From assembly GCA_051294375.1 (NCBI GenBank), contig CM119267.1, forward strand, positions 3,221,344 to 3,285,343: 64,000 nt of DNA, in the 5' to 3' direction. Source of the DNA: Paraspadella gotoi. Taxonomy: Eukaryota; Animalia; Chaetognatha. The notes under the pieces are model-generated. The model ran no database searches and had not been told where the DNA came from. It worked only from the letters and a program-made list of their open reading frames with translations. Of the stretch, positions 55,346-64,000 are shown one piece after another; position 1 is the first letter of the stretch, and every line of letters starts with the position of its first letter. The position numbers and the translations under genes were made by a program.

Positions 55346-58300
55346 CGCGCGGCTGGGCTCTATTTCACCGCCGGTGATTTGCTTGTCAGAGAGATTGATT
55401 AATCTGCTTGGGCTTTACTGAGATACCGCGATGACGATGCGTCGCAAAGTATCAAACGGTTTCTGTCGTATTCATTTATTTCATCAAAAGTCGTTCTATG
55501 TTCCTTCTCTATATAAAAACCAATATAAAATTATCTATCCATTTAATAAATAAGCTATCTCGCCCCTGACTTTGAACATTTGGGTTTTAAGACGTCTTAC
55601 AAGATAATGACATAGCAGGTCCCTTCAAGCTTTCAATCAAGCTTCCCTATCAATGAAGTGGTATACTATTTTAAAGAATGTTTTATTTGTATAACCACTC
55701 CTTGAATAATTAATAGGCTCATTGCTATTTGTCTTTCATCGAATCAAAGGATCCAGCCCAGCTCCAGACCCATCTCCAGCACAGCTAAGCGTTGTTCCAA
55801 CACAGCGCGTCGTCGAATTAATTTCGTCTGAAATGAAATCGAGCGCAAAATTAAATTTTTTAAAGCCCAAAAATGGGAAAAAAAATTTTGATTAACTTTT
55901 GAATTTACATTTAAAAAGCGAATGAAGAGACTCATCGTGAAATAAGAACGGTAATTCCAATGTGTAGCGCCGCAGTAACTTTATTTNNNNNNNNNNNNNN
56001 NNNNNNNNNNNNNNNNNNNNNNNNNNNNNNNNNNNNNNNNNNNNNNNNNNNNNNNNNNNNNNNNNNNNNNNNNNNNNNNNNNNNNNNNNNNNNNNNNNNN
56101 NNNNNNNNNNNNNNNNNNNNNNNNNNNNNNNNNNNNNNNNNNNNNNNNNNNNNNNNNNNNNNNNNNNNNNNNNNNNNNNNNNNNNNNNNNNNNNNNNNNN
56201 NNNNNNNNNNNNNNNNNNNNNNNNNNNNNNNNNNNNNNNNNNNNNNNNNNNNNNNNNNNNNNNNNNNNNNNNNNNNNNNNNNNNNNNNNNNNNNNNNNNN
56301 NNNNNNNNNNNNNNNNNNNNNNNNNNNNNNNNNNNNNNNNNNNNNNNNNNNNNNNNNNNNNNNNNNNNNNNNNNNNNNNNNNNNNNNNNNNNNNNNNNNN
56401 NNNNNNNNNNNNNNNNNNNNNNNNNNNNNNNNNNNNNNNNNNNNNNNNNNNNNNNNNNNNNNNNNNNNNNNNNNNNNNNNNNNNNNNNNNNNNNNNNNNN
56501 NNNNNNNNNNNNNNNNNNNNNNNNNNNNNNNNNNNNNNNNNNNNNNNNNNNNNNNNNNNNNNNNNNNNNNNNNNNNNNNNNNNNNNNNNNNNNNNNNNNN
56601 NNNNNNNNNNNNNNNNNNNNNNNNNNNNNNNNNNNNNNNNNNNNNNNNNNNNNNNNNNNNNNNNNNNNNNNNNNNNNNNNNNNNNNNNNNNNNNNNNNNN
56701 NNNNNNNNNNNNNNNNNNNNNNNNNNNNNNNNNNNNNNNNNNNNNNNNNNNNNNNNNNNNNNNNNNNNNNNNNNNNNNNNNNNNNNNNNNNNNNNNNNNN
56801 NNNNNNNNNNNNNNNACGTTAGTAGCTTTAATTCTCAATCTCCCGCAAACATACTTCAATAAAATGAATAACTGGGCCGAAACTATGAGCCGAGATGAGT
56901 TTGAGCAGGGAGGGCAGGGAAAACATGGAAGCATTAAGGCCGAGGGGGCCTTTTAAGAATCTTGGCATTATAGGCGGTTTACTAGAACCGACCCGTCACA
57001 CTTACCGAAAACTTTTCCTCAGCGTTTATATAGGTCTAAATCTGTTCTCTCAAAATGTCTTCGATTGAAACTTTCGCCTTTCTCGATGCAACAACGTCAA
57101 TTTTGATTTTTGAGAAAGAATTACATTGTTTTTAAAATTGTATTAATTGATTGGTGCCGTTTTAGTCACTTTAAAGTAAAAAAAAAAAGAGGAAACGCGA
57201 AAATAATCTTCGAAATTAATTACTGCAATATGCAAATGAGATTAAGTGATCGATCGGTTTCCTCGTTTTCGTTGATCGTTCGAATTTCTTTTTTTTAAAT
57301 ATATTTTAAACTTTATTAACATTAACCTCCTTTTTGTTCCTTTCATTTCCTCTCATTACCTTTGGTTACCTATTTTTTATTTTTAAACATTTTTCCCCAC
57401 AATTTTCGATAGTATTTTGCAAAGTTGTTACGTCAACGGTCTCGACTTACGGAATACTTCTTTTGACTTGGTTCTGTCTGAAATATCTTTTAGGGTATTA
57501 ACTTCATTTAAGTGTTTTCTTCTTAGTATTATTATTCTCCTCTTTCCAATTCGGTTTAATAAATGTTGTTAGAAGAAAAAAAAGCCAAATCTTTCTATCG
57601 TTCGATATTTTTTTTTTCCGTGTTTTTCTTTTCTATTATGACTGAGATTCTTTTTTTCATTTTCTTTTCTCCTCATTTCTTCTAATACCCAGTCTCTCTT
57701 TTCCTTTCCTTTCCTCTCTCTCTCCATTCATCTCTACCTCCTCCTNNNNNNNNNNNNNNNNNNNNNNNNNNNNNNNNNNNNNNNNNNNNNNNNNNNNNNN
57801 NNNNNNNNNNNNNNNNNNNNNNNNNNNNNNNNNNNNNNNNNNNNNNNNNNNNNNNNNNNNNNNNNNNNNNNNNNNNNNNNNNNNNNNNNNNNNNNNNNNN
57901 NNNNNNNNNNNNNNNNNNNNNNNNNNNNNNNNNNNNNNNNNNNNNNNNNNNNNNNNNNNNNNNNNNNNNNNNNNNNNNNNNTCGATGTCTCGCTTTTTTT
58001 TTGTTTTTGTGTCAACATCATTCGTTTGTTGATGTTTTCGTCGTCGTTGTTGTTGTTGTTGTCGTGGTTGTTGTGGTCATCTCAACAAAAACAAAAACAA
58101 AAAAAGAAGCATAAGGAAAGACAACTCGTTTATGTAACCACGAAATTTGGAGCATATGTTCTCTCTCTCTCTCTCTNNNNNNNNNNNNNNNNNNNNNNNN
58201 NNNNNNNNNNNNNNNNNNNNNNNNNNNNNNNNNNNNNNNNNNNNNNNNNNNNNNNNNNNNNNNNNNNNNNNNNNNNNNNNNNNNNNNNNNNNNNNNNNNN

Positions 58301-59417
58301 NNNNNNNNNNNNNNNNNNNNNNNNNNNNNNNNNNNNNNNNNNNNNNNNNNNNNNNNNNNNNNNNNNNNNNCTCTCTCTCTCTTTAAATCCAATAAACAAA
58401 TGTTTTTTCAGTTATTTGTAATATCAAAATGATAATAACATTTACAAAAAATTTACGAATTTAAAGTGTCTTCAATAAATGATTATTGTTTTGTTTGTTT
58501 ACAACTCGTCCCCATGGCGACAACGACGCTGCAACGAGAGGGGACGAGATTGCGCAAGAAGCTTTTAGATTTTATCTGGAAAAAAAAGGAGAACCTTTAG
58601 CAGACAAACCAATCTTTCAGAGAGTGGTAACGGATGCTTGGTGCTTGGTCTCTCTCTTTCTTTCTCTCTCTCTCTTTTTTTTTTTTTTTNNNNNNNNNNN
58701 NNNNNNNNNNNNNNNNNNNNNNNNNNNNNNNNNNNNNNNNNNNNNNNNNNNNNNNNNNNNNNNNNNNNNNNNNNNNNNNNNNNNNNNNNNNNNNNNNNNN
58801 NNNNNNNNNNNNNNNNNNNNNNNNNNNNNNNNNNNNNNNNNNNNNNNNNNNNNNNNNNNNNNNNNNNNNNNNNNNNNNNNNNNNNNNNNNNNNNNNNNNN
58901 NNNNNNNNNNNNNNNNNNNNNNNNNNNNNNNNNNNNNNNNNNNNNNNNNNNNNNNNNNNNNNNNNNNNNNNNNNNNNNNNNNNNNNNNNNNNNNNNNNNN
59001 NNNNNNNNNNNNNNNNNNNNNNNNNNNNNNNNNNNNNNNNNNNNNNNNNNNNNNNNNNNNNNNNNNNNNNNNNNNNNNNNNNNNNNNNNNNNNNNNNNNN
59101 NNNNNNNNNNNNNNNNNNNNNNNNNNNNNNNNNNNNNNNNNNNNNNNNNNNNNNNNNNNNNNNNNNNNNNNNNNNNNNNNNNNNNNNNNNNNNNNNNNNN
59201 NNNNNNNNNNNNNNNNNNNNNNNNNNNNNNNNNNNNNNNNNNNNNNNNNNNNNNNNNNNNNNNNNNNNNNNNNNNNNNNNNNNNNNNNNNNNNNNNNNNN
59301 NNNNNNNNNCAAAAAGCCAGTTTTCCCGAAGCGACGCAACTGAGAGCTTTTTGTTTGTTCTTTTTTTTTTTGCTAATTTTTTCAGCTCCTTTTTTTTTAT
59401 TATTCATAGACATCTAC

Positions 59418-59752
59418 TTTTTAGTTACGCCGCGAGTCACTTTTCGGTCGGTCTGTCGGTCGGTGTGTGTGTCTGACTGTCTGTCTGTCGGTCTGTATGT
59501 TTGTCCGTCGGTCTATCCCACTTATATTAAAAAAGCATATAATTTGCCTATAGTTGGTTGCTCATTTGTTAAGACAGGAAAAAACCTAAAATCTAAGGGA
59601 CTGCTAGCGCCGCCTTCAGGAAATCCTAAAACTAAAAGGAATAAAACTAAAAGACTGTATTTCGATACAGTGCACGTCATAAATACAAGGGCGAAGAAAG
59701 TCATGTCATGTCATGTTATACACATGAAAATAAAGTCACTGCGTTCTTGTTT
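59418..59752 (+). mobile_element. HINE family B, independent copy with deleted 3' subterminal repeat
   Basis: tttttagttacgccgcgag start, (GTCG/GTCT)n, same core; 3' end reads aaagtcactgc|gttcttgttt, lacking GGCGCAAC. Confidence 0.68.
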
Positions 59753-60189
59753 TAATATCAAAATAGCAAATATTTTTTTTAATAGCAAATATTTGTAGTT
59801 TTAATTTTATAATGAAATAATTTATAAATATACAAAGCTTTTTACTCGCAAAGGAAAGAGCCTTTTAAAAGTCATTTTTCTTTTCTTAAAAAAAGTCAGT
59901 TTTACTTTTGAATTTCCTTCCACGAATCATTTTAAAAGAAATAAAAAGAAACTCTGGAGTCGCAGCTTGCGCGAGAGAGCTTTTCAAGTCGCAGAGGAAA
60001 GAGGAAAAAAGATTCTCCTTAATAAAAAAAAAATAATAAAAATAAGAAAACAAAAGACGAGGAAACAGAATGACATCTATGGTGACGAGCGCAGATTAAT
60101 GCTGAAACAGAAGAGCATCTCTGTTTGACAATGAGGATAGAAAGTGATGAATGAATATCATGCCATTGGCCTTTACATTGATGGTAACA

Positions 60190-60308
60190 TTTAGAGGGCA
60201 TGGTGACAAGGATTTAGAGGGCATGGTGACAAGGATTTAGAGGGCATGGTGACAAGGATTTAGAGGGCATGGTGACAAGGATTTTGAGGGCATGGTGACA
60301 AGGATTTA
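60190..60308 (+). repeat. 23-bp tandem repeat x5
   Basis: atttagagggcatggtgacaagg, nearly perfect. Confidence 0.95.
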
Positions 60309-60533
60309 AAAATCACAAAGGGAGATTTATCCTTTCATTCAGAGCTGACTTTGGACAAGTGAGTTAAGGCTTTCATTCCGATGACAAGATAATAACAGAA
60401 ATAATTGAGAATAATGAGAACGAGAATTAGGAGTGATATAGAGTGATGAACAACAACAACAACAACAACAACAACAAAAAAGGTGACGTCGAAAACGAAT
60501 TTGGGAGAAAACTCAAAATGGGTTGTTGAAGTC

Positions 60534-60547
60534 GTAACCATGACAAC
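60534..60547. promoter_or_regulatory. RFX X-box match GTAACCATGACAAC
   Basis: Identical 14-mer in an unrelated context. Confidence 0.4.
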
Positions 60548-60761
60548 TCGTCAAACGCGGAGACAAATTAAAACCGAGAAAACTCGAAGATTACAAAGTC
60601 TGAGAAAGAAGAGCGACCGACAGGATTAAGGTTTGCTCCTAACTCCTCACTCCCCTGGGAGACTGGAGCGATGGTCGCAAAAAACGTTTTTTTTTTCTAA
60701 AAGATTTTCTGCTTCATTTTTCCTCGACTTTTTGCAGCTGATCAATAGGATTTTAAAACTG

Positions 60762-60798
<37 letters not shown>

Positions 60799-60823
60799 NN
60801 NNNNNNNNNNNNNNNNNNNNNNN

Positions 60824-61810
60824 GCTGCGGACTTGGCAAATTAAGTATTGTTTTACTAATATCCCCCCAGTGAACTGGCCCTAATGTCAGCAGAACGCGC
60901 CTGAGGTGCGAGGAGCCAGTTGTTGCCACGAGCGTACGGCATCCTTTATGCTTGATGATATCATGGCCACTGCTCTGCGGTGGACTGGAACTGGCGTACT
61001 CTCAGGTTCTTGAGGACAATACTCATCTCCCAGCCTGGGTGGCTATACGGGAGGCAGTCGACATTTCAAGTCCTCTGGCAGATTTTTATATGGAGGACTA
61101 TGAGGTGAAGCTTGGAATCCTTTCCGATTCTGCATGGGGCAGAGTTTCGTCCTCTTCTGGTATCGGACAAGCAGACGTACAAACTGGCCGCTTGAAAAGG
61201 ATTGGTCGATACCTTCTAACCACCTGAACGCATTGAAGAAGTATCAGTGGACATGTGAAAAAGGAGGTGAATGGGCAATTCCAATGCTCGATGTGCTTTA
61301 TAAAGCGCAAAGAGGGTGCGGTCATTGGATGTTTTTGTCTATCGCAATACCAACCCACATGCAAACCAATACATCCTTTGCATTCACAGCCCCTTTCTCA
61401 CAAGCTTGCCACGTCAGCGTCCCTTACCAGGAGACCGCTCTGATTCCGTCGACCCCGAGCTCCAGGGCCGCGAGCTTGAGCATGTTCGAAGGGCCTTGGC
61501 GCTCAATGGTTTACCCTCTGTGGGCTGACGAAAAGGCTAGGTTATCGGTAGAACCCTGCGTCTGAGGCGCCAGTGGCCACCAGGGCTCTGCCCAAGTAGC
61601 CGCTGAGCATAGTCCAACCTCGCACCCCAGGAGGAAGGGCGGCCTTTGCGTCCAACAGGCCTATCCGCGCCCACCACAGGCAACTGGAAACTTAAGCAGA
61701 GAGCGTCATAAGAACGTGAGGTTATTGTCCTCCCCTACCACCAGGGATTCACTGAAGCATTGGTGGCAGGGTGCCTAGGAAAACAGGGGTCTCTCCACTC
61801 CAACTTCTTC
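60824..61810 (+). mobile_element. Decayed Penelope-like element (PLE): reverse transcriptase, thumb and linker fragment, frameshifted
   Basis: Ordered PLE-type motifs across frames: (Y)CFTNIP (cf. SLFTNVP), SSPLADFYMEDYE (cf. SPVLANIYMEHFE), FWYR with degenerate YVDD, NHLNAL..QWTCEKE..IPMLDVL (cf. NHLNS..FTMEKE..LPFLDVL), VYRNT.HANQY (cf. VYRKPTHT.QYL), ELEHVRRALALNG, and VLPYHQGFTEAL (cf. LPYVKGLSE). GC-rich island in AT-rich flanks. Motifs compared from memory, not by search. Confidence 0.85.
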
Positions 61811-62428
61811 CGCGACAGATTTATAATTCGCCAAGTCCTTGAATCGACGGAAAAGCGCCGATAGAGCGCGCTGACGAAATCCGGCGTCAAATGGCGCCGA
61901 CAAAATCCGGCGTCAAACGACACGCGTCGCGACGCCGTTTCGATCGGAAACGAAACGGAAGGAATCCCGAGTCGCGATTTTTCATTTTTTGACGGAGAAA
62001 ATGGGNNNNNNNNNNNNNNNNNNNNNNNNNNNNNNNNNNNNNNNNNNNNNNNNNNNNNNNNNNNNNNNNNNNNNNNNNNNNNNNNNNNNNNNNNNNNNNN
62101 NNNNNNNNNNNNNNNNNNNNNNNNNNNNNNNNNNNNNNNNNNNNNNNNNNNNNNNNNNNNNNNNNNNNNNNNNNNNNNNNNNNNNNNNNNNNNNNNNNNN
62201 NNNNNNNNNNGAGAGAGAGAGAGAGAGAAAAGAGGGAAAGGGGGAGGCGAGTTGAAAATATTACTTTATAAAGATTTATAATATTGAAGTAATCCTTTCT
62301 TTTTCGTTTATAATAAAAAAATGACCGAAATGAGCGCTCAACAGAAACAGGAAAATAAAATTAAAATTTTGAAAACTCATTTCCTCATGTTTGTAATTAT
62401 TAATCTTTTTTGCCTAATTACTTTTTAG

Positions 62429-62463
62429 GTGCGGTCGCTGCCGACGGACTCGCACTAAGAGAT
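62429..62463 (+). CDS. Coding exon (GAVAADGLALRD) of a probably secreted protein
   Basis: ctaat...ctttttag| acceptor and |gtaagt donor; splices in frame to 62583. Confidence 0.55.
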
Positions 62464-62582
62464 GTAAGTTATTTCTCTCGCTATCCTAAATCATCGAAAT
62501 AATTTATATATTAAATCCTCATAATCAACAATTATAATTTATATGCCAACATCACAAATTGATATTTTGTTTTTGAATACAG

Positions 62583-62725
62583 AAGCGCATCGTTCACCGT
62601 CATACGTACGACGTGGAAGAGACGACCGTCGCGCCGCCGAGCGGAGAGTGTCGAGTCATCCCGAGAGTCGGATTCGAAAAAACTGGAACAAAAGACATCG
62701 ACGCCGTCAAAGTCACCACCACCTG
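62583..62725 (+). CDS. Coding exon KRIVHRHTYDVEETTVAPPSGECRVIPRVGFEKTGTKDIDAVKVTTT(W/C); possible start of a PAN/Apple-like module
   Basis: ttttgaatacag| acceptor and |gtgaga donor; 143 nt, stop-free in the frame set by the previous exon; complex GC-rich sequence. Domain call is a resemblance only. Confidence 0.6.
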
Positions 62726-62744
62726 GTGAGAGAAATTGGAATCA

Positions 62745-63116
62745 CATTAGCCACTTTTGATCCTCTGCCATCTCATTAGCCCCTTTTGATTCTCTGCCAT
62801 CTCATTAGCCACTTTTGATCCTNNNNNNNNNNNNNNNNNNNNNNNNNNNNNNNNNNNNNNNNNNNNNNNNNNNNNNNNNNNNNNNNNNNNNNNNNNNNNN
62901 NNNNNNNNNNNNNNNNNNNNNNNNNNNNNNNNNNNNNNNNNNNNNNNNNNNNNNNNNNNNNNNNNNNNNNNNNNNNNNNNNNNNNNNNNNNNNNNNNNNN
63001 NNNNNCTTTTGATCCTCTGCCATCTCATTAGCCACTTTTGATCCTTTGCCATCTCATTAGCCACTTTTGATTCTCTACCATCTCATAAGCGACTTTTGAT
63101 CCTCTGCCATCTCATT
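62745..63116 (+). repeat. 29-bp tandem repeat spanning an N gap
   Basis: cattagccacttttgatcctctgccatct on both sides of the gap; begins ~20 bp into the intron after 62725. Confidence 0.92.
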
Positions 63117-64000
63117 TGCCATCAATCGCCACCTCCCCACATGATCCACTCGTGACAATAATCGTTTTCCTTAAAAACCCTGAATCGCGTTTCCGGTTTC
63201 AGTCGTGGCTCCGCTCACCCTCAACCATGCCCTCGTTTTCCCTCGACCATGCCCTCGTTCTCCCTCGCCTGTACCATGTCTTTCTACGTAACCTTCCTGA
63301 TACCAACATGTCGACCATGTCACGCCCGACCATGTCCCGGCCCACACCTTGCCGAATCCTCCATACCCAACCATGTCAATCGCCATTCCCTGCAACGCCT
63401 ACACCATGTCCCGCCCCCTCGCCACCGCCACCGCCACGCCTCCACCATGTCTTGCCCCTCGATACGGCCCACGCCCTGGCCATGCCACGCCCTGCTCCCT
63501 CCGCCCCAAGACGAGCAGAGAAATAAAACACCATTTACATCGGAAAAGACTTTCTTTTCATTTCATTCTTTGTCTTCTTCTGGANNNNNNNNNNNNNNNN
63601 NNNNNNNNNNNNNNNNNNNNNNNNNNNNNNNNNNNNNNNNNNNNNNNNNNNNNNNNNNNNNNNNNNNNNNNNNNNNNNNNNNNNNNNNNNNNNNNNNNNN
63701 NNNNNNNNNNNNNNNNNNNNNNNNNNNNNNNGAGAGAGAGAGAGAGAGAGAGAGAGAGCTGTGAGTTTTCCGATAACCTGCGAAGGAAAACGGATGAGAT
63801 GAGATGAGATGAGATGACTCACATATATTAATTTGACTCGGGAGGATCAGTCTCAACCGTCAGAAAGAAAATCAGAGACTCAAAAATTAGTTAAACTGTT
63901 TAACAACGTAATCAAAGTTAAGATCTAAAAATGGTTAAGTTTTAAGTCGAGAATTCCAACACCCTCAGGCCGCCCGGGTTCGCCTCATTTCCGTCGCCGA

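Noticed and set aside
55960-59798. Long ORFs of 240-386 aa
   Set aside because: Open only because of N gaps.
61800-62005. Hammerhead ribozyme next to the PLE relic
   Set aside because: CTGACGA is present, but I could not build the core with GAAA and three stems by eye.
60190-63116. 23-bp and 29-bp arrays as CRISPR-like repeats
   Set aside because: Head-to-tail with no unique spacers, no cas genes, eukaryotic context.

Overview
Eukaryotic (probably invertebrate animal) scaffold: AT-rich, CpG-rich, full of (GA)n, (GAC/TCG)n and other simple repeats, with many N gaps. About 1-53 kb is largely redundant: a 2.8-kb direct duplication, 9.8-kb and 5.9-kb tandem duplications, a 3.5-kb fold-back and several smaller repeats. 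The copies carry indel-rich noise and sit near six gaps of exactly 25 N, so most of this is probably long-read gap-filling or uncollapsed haplotypes. Best-supported elements: a decayed Penelope-like retroelement RT (60.8-61.8 kb), two families of Helentron-associated (HINE/DINE-like) non-autonomous elements, several minisatellites, and two in-frame spliced exons of a probably secreted protein (62.4-62.7 kb). Other candidate exons are unidentifiable and some have ambiguous strand. No gene can be named. The most interesting unexplained signals are a same-strand dispersed element with conserved blocks and variable spacers, and recurrent RFX X-box, octamer and E-box motifs. I see no convincing novel multi-gene system.
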